Part shown: one piece after another, positions 17,216-29,091 of the stretch | How positions within the stretch are numbered: position 1 is the stretch's first letter | How the letters are laid out: every line of letters begins with the position of its first letter | Assembly: GCA_963786755.1 (NCBI GenBank) | Contig: CAWBAC010000009.1 | Coordinates: forward strand, 19,402-83,401 | Length of the DNA: 64,000 nt | Direction: 5' to 3' | From: an uncultured Actinomycetes bacterium | Lineage (GTDB): Bacteria; Actinomycetota; Thermoleophilia; Gaiellales; Gaiellaceae | Notes under the pieces: generated by a model | Told to the model about the DNA's origin: nothing | What the model saw: the letters and a program-made list of their open reading frames with translations, nothing else | Databases searched by the model: none | Program-made: the position numbers and the translations under genes

Positions 17216-17929
17216 TCAGGAAGAGCTTCTGACGCGCGACGATGCGCCGTCGAGCGAGTCGAGGATCTCGCGTATCTCCTGCGCGGTGCCGACGAAGATC
17301 GGCGTGTCCCGCTCCGTGTAACGGCTCGCCTCCGTCTCGCGCAGCGTCATCATCAGCTGCAGGAAGTCGGAGGGGGCTCTCGCACTCGAACGCCGTCATG
17401 AACTCCTGGTCGTCGATCCCGAAGGAGTACGTCGTGTGGTTCGTGATCGTGACGAAGCGGCTGCCGACGGCGGTGTGTTCCTGCATGGCGCGGCGGCGGT
17501 CGTCCAGGGGCAGCGAGTACCACTCGCGCTTCTTGACGAAGGGGTAGACGACCAGGTACGGCGCTCCTCGCGGCACGATGCGGCGGGGGCGCTTGCTCTT
17601 CTGCTCGAAGTACTGCGACGGCTTCGTCGCGGCGAGATAGGAATACGGGCGTCGAGAGCCAGCCGGCCAGCGGCGTCGCGTTCAGGTCGGAGGCCAGCTC
17701 GCGGAGATCGTCGTAACGCTCGGTGAGCTTCCAGAGCATGAAGTCCACCTCCGGGCGCACGCCCACGAGGCTGTACGTGCTGAAGCTCCATACGCTCGGC
17801 CCATTCCTCGACGACCTCGGCGAAGGCCTCCTTCCCGGCGGAGCGCTCCTCGATCGGGAGCCGCAGCCAGGCAGGATCGACCTTGTACAGCGTGTACGCG
17901 ACATATTGGGTCGAAGTCTCCTCGGCCAC
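17216..17929 (-). CDS. hemQ: Chlorite-dismutase-family coproheme decarboxylase (HemQ/ChdC); several frameshifts
   Basis: MAEETSTQYVAYTLYKVDPAWLRLPIEERSAGKEAF..; FSTYSLVGVRPEVDFMLWKLTERYDDLRELASDLNATPLAGWL; PRGAPYLVVYPFVKKREWYSLPLDDRRRAMQEHTAVGSRFVTITNHTTYSFGIDDQEFMTAFECESP. These are found in three reverse frames. Confidence 0.8.
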
Positions 17930-17980
17930 GGCGCAATCGTATCCGCTCCCGTTACGGCTTCCGGTCTACGCTCGAAGACG

Positions 17981-18023
17981 GGCGCGGGGACGCCCACCCG
18001 GCGGGCAGGCGGACGTCCCCGCG
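17981..18023 (-). terminator. Long GC hairpin downstream of the DAC-domain gene
   Basis: GCGCGGGGACG..21 nt..CGTCCCCGCGC (11-bp perfect arms), between convergently ordered minus-strand genes. There is no clear U-tail. Confidence 0.35.
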
Positions 18024-18202
18024 CTAGATGTTTGATCGGGAAGTGTGGTGCCGGCGGGGGCGTCCGTGACCGAGCGTGAGGCCGCGATCATTCCGAGTTC
18101 GTACCTGGAAGGTGCGGGCGAGGAACGAGCGTGGTCTCAGGCGATGTGTCACGGGCGTCATCCGGCGGTGCCACGGTTTCCGGTCAATTCTCGATCAAGC
18201 AT

Positions 18203-18829
18203 CTAACCTTCGTCGCCCGCGACGGCGAGCGTGACGCCGGCGTCGGGCATCTGCCTGACCTGCGCCCCGCGCGTGTAGAGGCGCTCGCGGGACATCAGGA
18301 AGAGCTCGGGGATGATCTCGGCGCGGAGGCGGCCCTTCGAGAACACGCGCACGACGGAGCTCTGGGAGACGGCGACCGCGATCGATTGGGTCGTGCGCGA
18401 AATCGAAGCGGCGGCGGCGTGGCGTGACCCGAGGCCGGGGAGGAAGTTCTCGGCCGCCGCGACGTCGACGTCGATGAAGCGCCCGGCCGAGACGAAGGTG
18501 CCGTCGTCGCCGAGCACGAAGGCGCCGTCGAGCTGGGCGAACTCCTTCACCGTCTCTCGGAACTCGGGCCGGCTGACGTGGAGGAGCTCGGTCGGGTGCC
18601 CGTAGAGAGGATCGAGGAGCAACGCACGCGACTGGTCGAGGACGTTGTCGACGTCCCCGATGACGAAGAGCGTCCCGACCTTCCGCCCCTCGCGTCCTTC
18701 CCGTGCGAGCTCGACGGCGAGCTGGATCACCTCTTCGAGGGTCTCCCGGCGCTCCTCCGTGCAGTGCGTGCTCTTGCACACGGCTCCGAAAGTCGCATCC
18801 AGCATGAATTTCCGCCCGTCCAGGGTCAT
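18203..18829 (-). CDS. Stand-alone DAC (DisA_N, diadenylate-cyclase-like) domain protein
   Basis: Intact 208 aa: GTLFVIGDVDNVL..LDGAFVLGDDGTFVSAGRFI..PGLGSRHAAAASIS..IAVAVSQSSVVRVF. The DGA motif is present. The RHR motif reads RHA. Confidence 0.75.
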   Translation of the reverse strand: MTLDGRKFMLDATFGAVCKSTHCTEERRETLEEVIQLAVELAREGREGRKVGTLFVIGDVDNVLDQSRALLLDPLYGHPTELLHVSRPEFRETVKEFAQLDGAFVLGDDGTFVSAGRFIDVDVAAAENFLPGLGSRHAAAASISRTTQSIAVAVSQSSVVRVFSKGRLRAEIIPELFLMSRERLYTRGAQVRQMPDAGVTLAVAGDEG

Positions 18830-18868
18830 GTCTGTTCGAACGACAGGAGGGGTTGCTCTAATCCCGGG

Positions 18869-19624
18869 GTGTCCGAGCGGCTTGCCGAGCTCATCCGCGA
18901 AAATCAGCCCTGCGTCGTCCTGACCGGAGCCGGCGTCTCGACGGAGAGCGGCGTGCCCGACTTCCGTTCGCCGACCGGGATCTGGGCCGAATTCAATCCC
19001 CTGGAGTACGCGACCCTGGGCGCCTTTCGGCGCGACCCGGAGAAGGTCTGGCGCTTCTACGCGCCCCGCTTCGCCATGCTCACGGAGGCGGAGCCGAACC
19101 GCGCGCACCGCGCGCTCGCCGAGCTCGAGCAGCTCGGGCTCGTCCGTGCGGTGGTCACGCAGAACATCGACCTCCTGCACGGGCGCGCAGGCTCGCGTGA
19201 CGTCGTCGAGGTGCACGGGTCGATTCGCACGTCCAGCTGTCCCGGGTGCGGCGCCTCGTACGGCCTGGCGGAGGTCGTGCCGCTCATCGAGGACGGGGAG
19301 GGAGCGCCGCCCTGCCCTGCCTGCGGCGCGATTCTGAAGCCTGACGTCGTCTTCTTCGACGAGCTCCTTCCTCCCGAGGCGATCGACCGAGCGAATGCGC
19401 TCGCCGAGGAAGCAGGGCTCCTGCTCGTCGTTGGCTCGTCCCTGGAGGTCTACCCGGTTGCCGATCTCCCGCGGACGACGCTCGAGGCGGGCGGGAAGGT
19501 GGCGGTCGTGAACAGGACGCCGACGTGGGTGGACGGCCGCGCCGCGCTCCGGCTGGACGGCAGCGCCGGGGAGGTGCTCACGGTGACTCTCAGGCGCCTC
19601 CTCCCCCAGCACGGCCCCGTGGTC
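18869..19624 (+). CDS. cobB: NAD-dependent protein deacylase (Sir2/CobB family); no stop codon before the next gene in this frame
   Basis: VVLTGAGVSTESGVPDFRSPTGIW..VVTQNIDLLHGRAGS..VVEVHGS..CPGCG..CPACG..LKPDVVFFDE..LLLVVGSSLEVYP. The 3' boundary is set arbitrarily at the ATG of the GrpB part. Confidence 0.8.
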
Positions 19625-20108
19625 ATGGCCGAGTACGACTCCGCCTGGCCGCGCGCTGTTCGCCGAGGAGGCGAAAGCGGTGGAAAAAGCGTCGGTGACG
19701 TTGTTGCCGTCGAGCACATCGGTTCGACTGCTGTGCCGGGGCTGGCCGCGAAGCCGATCATCGACATCTCGTCGGTCTCGAGAGCCTGGAACTGGGCATC
19801 GAGCGTGTTCGGGCAATGGAGGCGCTCGGCTACGAGTACTTCGGCGAGTTCGGACTGCCCGGCCGCCTGTACTTCCGCAAAGGCTCGAGCGGAGAGCACG
19901 CACCATGTGCACGCCGTCGAGTGGGACGGGCAGCAGTGGCATCGCCACCGCGCATTCCGGGAATACCTCCGCGCGCACCCCGAGGAGGCCGAGCGGTATG
20001 CGAGCGAAGAAGCGCCATCGCCGCCGAGGTCGACACGACTGGTACGAGTACTGGGAGCGCAAGAACGCGATCGCCGACGAGCTTTTCGCCCGCGCCTGGG
20101 AGTGGTAG
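19625..20108 (+). CDS. GrpB/UPF0157-family protein; several frameshifts
   Basis: MAEYDSAWPR(LFAEEAKAVEKA)..VEHIGSTAVPGLAAKPIIDI..MEALGYEYFGEFGLPGRLYFRKG..HHVHAVEWDGQQWHRHRAFREYLRAHPEEAERYA..DWYEYWERKNAIADELFARAWEW, assembled from three frames. Confidence 0.65.
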
Positions 20109-20246
20109 CCCAGCGGCGCTGACGGCGGGCTTGTGTTCCACACGCACAAGCTCTCCACGGGCCCGAATGGCGTAGCAACGGCTCTGACTCTTGTGCGCGT
20201 GAAACACAAGGTGGGCATGGGGGGCGCGGCTAGGCTTGACCGGGAC

Positions 20247-22119
20247 ATGGCTACGACGGTCGACACACGCGAGGAGCGCATCGAGGAGCAGCTCAGGGGG
20301 CTCCCGGCGAAGCCGGGCGTCTACCTCTTTCGCGGGCACGACGACGCGGTGCTCTACGTCGGGAAGGCGAAGTCGCTCCGCGCCCGCGTGCGCTCGTACT
20401 TTCGCAGCGGCGACGCGCGCATGGGCCTCGACAACCTGACCGTGCGCGTGGAGCGCATCGAGGTGATCGTCACGCAGACGGAGGTGGAGGCCTTCCACCT
20501 GGAGCAGAACCTCATCAAGCGGCATCGGCCGCCCTTCAACGTTCGCCTCCGCGACGACAAGTCGTACCCGTACATCGCCGTCACGGTCGAGGACGACTAC
20601 CCGCGCGTCATGTTCACGCGGGAGCGCCACCGGCGCGGCGTCGTCTACTTCGGTCCCTACGCCTCGGCGAAGAAGGTGCGGGAGACGCTCGACGTCCTCA
20701 ACCGCGTCTTCCCCTACCGGCCGTGCGAGGGCCCGCAGCCCGGGCGCCACTCGGGGATCCCCTGCCTCGACTACCACATCGAGCGCTGCCTGGCCCCCTG
20801 CGTCGGCTACGTCTCGCAGGAGGACTACCGGGAGATCATCGAGCGCGTGATCGAGTTCCTCTCCGGCGAGACGCGGCCGGTGATCCGCGAGCTCGAGGAG
20901 AAGATGCAGGCCGCGGCCGAGCGGCAGAGCTTCGAGGAGGCGGCCCGCTACCGGAACCGGCTCTACGCGGTGCGCCACCTGGCCGAGCGGCAGGCGGCGG
21001 ACAAGCGCGCGATCGGCACGGTCGACGTCGTCGGCATCGCCGCGAACGGAGGCACGGCGGCCGTCCAGGTCTTTCCGCTGCGGGGCGGGCGGCTGGTCGA
21101 CCGGCACACGTTCTACCTCGAGAACGCCGCCGGGCGAGGACATCCCCACGCTCCTCGAGGCTTTCTGCCTGGAGTACTACGGGAGCGCGCCGGCGGTGCC
21201 GCCGCTGATCGTCGTGCCGCCCGGAGGCCGGGCCGACCGGCGCCCTCGAGGAGTTCCTCAGCGAGCTGCGCGGGCTCGCGAGTGGAGGTGCGCGCGCCGC
21301 AGCGCGGCGAGAAGCGGCGGCTCGTCGAGCTCGCCCAGCAGAACGCCGCGCTGGCCCTCGAAGAGCGAAGCCGCCCAGAGCGAGCGCAAGCGCGTGCGGC
21401 GGATCGAGGCGCTCGAGGAGCTCCGCGAGACCCTGAACCTCGAGAGCCTGCCGATCCGGATCGAGTGCTTCGACATCTCGACCATCCAGGGCGCGTCGCC
21501 GGTCGGCTCGATGGTCGTCTTCCAGGACGCCGTCCCGAAGAAGGCCCACTACCGCAAGTTCGGGATCAGCGGCGTGGAGGGGCAGGACGACTTCGCCATG
21601 ATGGCCGAGGTCGTCTCACGGCGGTTCGCGCGCGCGCGGCCCGCGACCGCGGAGCGGTACGACGAAGGCTTCGCCGCCGTCCCGAACCTGGTCGTCGTCG
21701 ACGGCGGCAAGGGCCAGCTCTCGGCCGCGCTCGCCGCCATGCAGGACTTCGACCTGCCGCGCGTGGCGGTGATCGCGCTCGCCAAGCGCGAGGAGGAGGT
21801 GTTCCTGCCGGGCCGGCCGGAACCGGTCGTGCTCGAGCGCGACTCGGCCGGGCTCCAGCTCCTCCAGCGGATCCGGGACGAGGCGCACCGCTTCGCGCTC
21901 GGCTTCCACCGGCAGCGGCGGGACACGCGGGCGCGTGAGTCCATCCTCGACGCCCTGCCCGGCGTGGGCCCGGCGCGCAAGCGCGCGCTCATGCAGCACT
22001 TCGGCTCGCCCGAGCGGCTGCTCGCGGCTTCGCCGGAGGAGCTCGAGGGCGTCCCCGGAGTGCCCGCCAAGACCGGCCGGCAGATCTACGCCGCGCTCCA
22101 CAAGGCCGGGCGAGCGTGA
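20247..22119 (+). CDS. uvrC: Excinuclease ABC subunit C; several frameshifts between about 21130 and 21370
   Basis: GIY-YIG N-terminus: LPAKPGVYLFRGHDDAVLYVGKAKSLRARVRSYF. UVR domain: EEKMQAAAERQSFEEAARYRNRL. C-terminal half in ORF 21196..22119: IECFDISTIQGASPVGSMVVF..VVVDGGKGQL..IRDEAHRFA, with the HhH tail. Confidence 0.9.
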
Positions 22120-22137
22120 AGACTCCGCGAAGCGAGG

Positions 22138-22754
22138 ATGGAGCTGCGCTTCCGTTCTGATCTGGAGCGACTACATCTGACCGTTCTGCTGCGTCGGCCT
22201 CGCGCGGGCCGAGTGGCTGGAGCGCCGGTTCGGCGCCGAGGTGGAGTGGCTCCCCTTCGACCTTCATCCGGAGTACCCGCCCGAGGGCATCCCGCGCGCG
22301 GAGCACGCCGCGCGCTACTCCGCCGACGCGCACGAGCACGTGCGGGCGATGATCGAGGCGGCCGGCTTCCGCTTACAACCCACCCGCGGACGTCGTGCCC
22401 AACTCGCAGAAGGCGCTCCAGGTGACCGAGCTCGCGCGCGACCGGGGGCTGCACGAGCCGGTGCACTCGCGGCTGATGCACGCCTACTGGTCGGAGGGCG
22501 CGGACATCGGCGACGGAGGAGACCCTGCTCGACCTCGTTGCCGAGGTCGGGCCTCGACCGCGGCTGAGGCGGCGGCCGCGCTCGCGGACGGCCGCTACGC
22601 CGAGCGGGTCCAGGCCTCGACCCAGCGCCGCCAACCAGCAGGGGATCCACGCCATCCCCGCCTTCGTCCTCGGCGAGCCGCCTGCTTCGTCCTCGGCGCA
22701 CAGCCGGAGGCGCTCTTCGAGCACGCGGTCGAGCAGCTGGCCGAGAGTCCCTAG
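22138..22754 (+). CDS. DsbA/FrnE-like thiol-disulfide oxidoreductase; in-frame TGA at the first Cys of CxxC, plus frameshifts
   Basis: ..VLIWSDYI-TGA-PFCCVGLARAEWLERRFGAEVEWLPFDLHPEYPPEGIP is one continuous frame (TGA 22178-22180). Later parts (VPNSQKALQVTELARDRGLHEPVHSRLMHAYWSEGADIGD, ADGRYAERVQAS, GIHAIPAFVLGE, LGAQPEALFEHAV) require frame changes. Confidence 0.7.
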
Positions 22755-22756
22755 AC

Positions 22757-22789
22757 AAGAAGAAGGCCCCTCGCGGGGCCTGCTTCTTC
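22757..22789. terminator. Bidirectional terminator-like hairpin between convergent genes
   Basis: AAGAAGAAGGCCCC-TCGC-GGGGCCTGCTTCTT, immediately after the DsbA-like stop and about 100 nt from the pruA stop. Confidence 0.5.
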
Positions 22790-22886
22790 ACCAGGACGGG
22801 CCTTAGCAGCCCGTTGGGGAGAGGGGGTATGTGCCTTCAGGGTACGTGGACGGCGAGCGCCGGCGAAAGGGTGCGCAACGAGCCTC

Positions 22887-24590
<1,704 letters not shown>

Positions 24591-24605
24591 TCTATTCGCG
24601 TGCAG

Positions 24606-25068
24606 GTGTTGGCGTACGACGTCCGGGCTGGGGCGTGGGGGAGGCGTGGCTCGAAGGCGGGCGGCTGCTCTACCACGAGCATCCCCGTGCCGGGCCCACG
24701 CCCTCGGACTCCGGCGGCCACCGCTCCTGGAGAGGTTCCTGGCGTACTTTCGCGGCGAGCGGGTGACATTCGACGACGTGGAGATCGACCTCTACTGGAC
24801 AACGCCGTTCCAGCGCGCGGTGGCGGAGACGCTTCGCCGGGTGCCGTACGGCGAGGTGGTCACCTACGGGGAGCTGGCTGCCCTCGCCGGGCACCCGAAC
24901 GCGCAGCGCGCGGCAGGAACGTTCTGCGCCGGGAACCGCTTCGCGCTCGTCGTCCCATGCCACCGCGTCGTCGCTGCCGAGGGGCTGGGCTCCTACGGCT
25001 CGCTGGGCACCGCGTACAAGCGCCGCCTGCTCGCCCTCGAGGGCGTCGTCCCGGAGACGGTGGAATGA
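24606..25068 (+). CDS. ogt: Methylated-DNA-protein-cysteine methyltransferase; N-terminal part frameshifted
   Basis: TPFQRAVAETLRRVPYGEVVTYGELAALAGHPNAQRAAGTFCAGNRFALVVPCHRVV (PCHR active site). The N-terminal domain (VLAYDVRAGAWG..EAWLEGGRLLYHE) is in other frames. Confidence 0.8.
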
Positions 25069-26055
25069 GCCTCTCCGCGGAAGTGCGCGGCGAGCTCGCC
25101 GCGATCGACCCGCGGCGGCCATGCTGCCGCCTCGCCGAGCTCTCCGCGCTCGTCCGCACCGCCGGGAGCGTCCACCTGCGTGGCGGCGGGCGGATCGCGC
25201 TGCACCTCGAGGTGGCGACCGCCGGCGTCGCCCGCCGCGGCCTTCACGCTCCTCCGCTCGTACGGCGTTCCCTGCGAGATCCGCACCTTCCGGCAGGCAG
25301 GCGTTCGAGCGCGCGAGGCGCTTCCAGCTTCACCTGGAGGACGATGCCCGCGCGCTCCAGGCGCTCAACGAGGCCGGCATTCTCGACGCGAACCTCGCGC
25401 CGCTCGAGCGGCCGCCGCGGCGGGTGGTTGCGCGCTCCTGCTGCCGCGCCGCCTACCTCCGGGGCGCGTTCCTGGCGGCGGGCTCGGTGACCGGGCCGCG
25501 CAACGCCCACCTGGAGCTTCGGGCGCGGACAGCGGAGGCGGCCGACGTTCCTCGCCGCAGCTCGCGCGAGCGGGAGGGCTTTCCGGGCGCGGTCTACGAG
25601 CGCGGGCGGCACGCCGTCGCGTACGTGAAGGGCGTCGAGCCGATCGCCGACCTGCTCGCGTTCCTCGGCGCGCAGGAGGCGGCGCTTGCGCCTCGGCGAG
25701 GAGGCCGTCGTGTCGGCCACCAGCGCGCGGCGAACCGGCTCACGAACGCCGACCACGCCAACCTGGCGCGCGCGAGCCGCGCCGCCGACGCCCAGCTGCG
25801 GGCGATACGGCGGCTCGAGCGAGCAGGGACGGCTCGAACGAGCTCTCCCGCGACCTGCGCGAGATCGCCCGCCTGCGCACGCGGCACCCGACGCTCTCGC
25901 TGCGCGAGCTGGCCGCGCGTTGCCGGCCGCCGGCGACGAAGGCGGCCGCCCAGCGGCGGCTGGCCAAGCTCCAGCGGCTGGCCGAACGGCTGAGCCCGGC
26001 ACACGCTGAGCGGGTCGGAGGGGAAGCTCCGAGGACGACCTCCCCCTCCGGTTGA
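25065..26055 (+). CDS. whiA: DNA-binding protein WhiA; several frameshifts, 3' end uncertain
   Basis: MSLSAEVRGELAAIDPRRPCCRLAELSALVRTAGSVHL..; RSCCRAAYLRGAFLAAGSVTGPRNAHLEL; ANRLTNADHANLARASRAADAQLRAIRRLE; C-terminal HTH LREIARLRTRHPTLSLRELAARC..TKAAAQRRLAKLQRLAE. Confidence 0.85.
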
Positions 26056-26236
26056 ACCACGCTCCGGACCGTGGCGCCGGACGGGGTCTGAATCCGACGC
26101 CCGACGAGCGCGGACCCGCTCCGGGCCAGCGTATCCCTCGCCGCAGGGCCGTGCAAGGGAGCCTCACCAGGATTTCCCAGCGCCGGCCGCCGGATAGAAT
26201 CGCCCGCCTGGACGTCGGACTCCGAGCGGAGGTGGC

Positions 26237-27240
<1,004 letters not shown>

Positions 27241-27242
27241 GC

Positions 27243-28274
27243 GTGCGACGGCCGCGCTCCGTCCGCAACGCCGATGTGGCCGGCGAGCGGGTCCTCGTGC
27301 GGGTGGACTTCAACGTCCCGCTCGAGGAGGGGCGGGTCGCCGACGACACGCGGATCCGGGCGGCGCTGCCGACCCTCGAGCTGCTGCTGGAGCGGGGGGC
27401 GGCAGAGGTCGTTCTCTGCTCCCACCTGGGCAGGCCGAAGGGCGAGGACCCGGCCTACTCGATGGAGCCGGTGCGCGCCCGGCTTGCCGAGCTCCTGCCC
27501 GACGAGCGCGTGCGCCTGCTCGAAAACACGCGGTTCCATCCCGGCGAGACGACGAACGACCCCGCCTTCGCGCGCGAGCTGGCCACGCAGGGGGACCTCT
27601 ACGTGAACGACGCCTTCGGGTCGGCGCACCGCGCGCATGCGTCGACCGTGGGGGTGGCGCGCCTGCTTCCGGCGTACGCGGGCCTTCTGCTGGAGCGCGA
27701 GCTCGAGGAGCTCGGCTCGCTCCTCGAAGCGCCAGAGCGGGCCTTCGCGGCCGTCCTCGGGGGGGCGAAGGTCGAGGAGAAGATCGGCGTCCTCCAGTCG
27801 CTGGGCGAGCGGGCGGATGTCGTGCTCGTCGGCGGCAAGATGGCGGAGGAGGTCGATCGGGACGCAGGGTACGAGCTCCCGAGGGACGTGGTCGCCGCCG
27901 CCGAGTTCGCCGAGGACGCGGAGTCGCGGGTCGTGGCGTGGGACGCGGTGCCGGACGGCTGGCTCGGGCTCGACATCGGGCCGGAGACGCGGGCGGCGTA
28001 CGCCGAGGAGCTCGGGCGCGCCAGGACGGTCTTCTGGAACGGGCCCATGGGCGTCTTCGAGTGGCCCCGCTTCGCGGCGGGAACGAGGGCCGTCGCCGAG
28101 GCGGTCGCCGCGGCGGACGCCCACACCGTCGTCGGGGGCGGTGACTCAGTGCGGGCGATCGAGGAGCTCGGGCTCGCCGACCGCATCGACTGGGTCTCCA
28201 CGGGCGGCGGCGCCTCGCTCGAGCTGCTGGAAGGAAAGGAGCTGCCGGGCGTGGCGGTGATCCCGGAGGAGTGA
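27243..28274 (+). CDS. pgk: Phosphoglycerate kinase (about 50 aa shorter than is usual for the family)
   Basis: Intact frame: [114 protein letters not shown]. Confidence 0.85.
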   Translation: MRRPRSVRNADVAGERVLVRVDFNVPLEEGRVADDTRIRAALPTLELLLERGAAEVVLCSHLGRPKGEDPAYSMEPVRARLAELLPDERVRLLENTRFHPGETTNDPAFARELATQGDLYVNDAFGSAHRAHASTVGVARLLPAYAGLLLERELEELGSLLEAPERAFAAVLGGAKVEEKIGVLQSLGERADVVLVGGKMAEEVDRDAGYELPRDVVAAAEFAEDAESRVVAWDAVPDGWLGLDIGPETRAAYAEELGRARTVFWNGPMGVFEWPRFAAGTRAVAEAVAAADAHTVVGGGDSVRAIEELGLADRIDWVSTGGGASLELLEGKELPGVAVIPEE

Positions 28275-28371
28275 AGATGCACAGATTCGTTCCGCTTCCG
28301 CGCGCCACGCGCGCGGATTTCCCGGATAGGCTGAAAGTGGAGGGAGGCCCGCGGCGGCCCCGGGGAAACGG

Positions 28372-29091
28372 ATGCTGATCGCGGGCAACTGGAAGATGTT
28401 CAAAGGGCCGGAGGAGACGGCCGACTTCTGCCGCGCGCTCGCCGACGCCCTCACCTCTGAAGCGCTCGCGCCCTCGCACTCAGCGGATGTGGACGTTGTT
28501 GTCTGCCCGCCCTTTGCCTCCCTCCGCGAGGCCGTCGACAGCGGCCTCACGACCTACGCTCAGAACGTCCACTGGGCACCGGAGGGCGCCTTCACGGGCG
28601 AGGTGGCGGCGGAGATGCTTCTCGAGCTGGGTGTGCGGGGCGCGATCGTCGGCCACTCCGAGCGCAGGCAGCTCTTCGGCGAGACGGACGAGACGACTGC
28701 GCGCCGGGCCGAGCGGGCGCTCGAGGCCGGGCTCGCCGTGATCGCGTGCGTCGGGGAGCTCGAGGAGGAGCGGGAGCGCGGCGAGACCGAGGAGGTCCTG
28801 CGCCGCCAGGCCTCCGTCCTCCCGCAGCACGAGCGCCTCGTCGTCGCCTACGAGCCCGTCTGGGCCATCGGCACCGGGAAGACGGCGACGCCCGAGGTCG
28901 CCCAGGAGACGCACGCCTTCGTCAAGTCCCTCCTCGAAGCGCCTGTCCTGTACGGAGGCTCCGTCAAGCCGGAGAACGCCGAGGAGCTCCTCGCGCAGCC
29001 GGACGTGAACGGGGCGCTCGTGGGGGGCGCCTCCCTCGACGTCGACTCCTTCACCGCGATTTGCCGGACGGCGGCCCTTTCCCGCTCGTAG
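28372..29091 (+). CDS. tpiA: Triosephosphate isomerase
   Basis: Intact: MLIAGNWKMF..IVGHSERR..IACVGE..VVAYEPVWAIGTGKTAT..LYGGSVKPENA..GALVGGASL. Confidence 0.92.
   Translation: MLIAGNWKMFKGPEETADFCRALADALTSEALAPSHSADVDVVVCPPFASLREAVDSGLTTYAQNVHWAPEGAFTGEVAAEMLLELGVRGAIVGHSERRQLFGETDETTARRAERALEAGLAVIACVGELEEERERGETEEVLRRQASVLPQHERLVVAYEPVWAIGTGKTATPEVAQETHAFVKSLLEAPVLYGGSVKPENAEELLAQPDVNGALVGGASLDVDSFTAICRTAALSRS

Noticed and set aside
18203-20108. Sir2-domain gene next to a nucleotide-cyclase-like (DAC) gene, considered as a possible Thoeris/DSR/CBASS-like anti-phage module.
   Set aside because: The Sir2 protein is a compact CobB-type deacylase with the usual Zn-ribbon cysteines. It has no SLOG, TIR, pAgo or helicase partner. 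The DAC gene is divergent and of the c-di-AMP type, not a CD-NTase. The neighbours are housekeeping genes.
22214-22232. Second hairpin GCGCC-GGUUC-GGCGC downstream of the in-frame TGA, considered as a SECIS element.
   Set aside because: It starts about 40 nt after the TGA, which is beyond the usual spacing for bacterial SECIS apical loops. GC hairpins of this size are common by chance in this composition.
28275-28371. The unusually long pgk-tpiA spacer with a small CCGCGCG-CCA-CGCGCGG hairpin, considered as a possible riboswitch or attenuator.
   Set aside because: No similarity to any riboswitch class I can recognise. The hairpin is short and the region is too small to judge.
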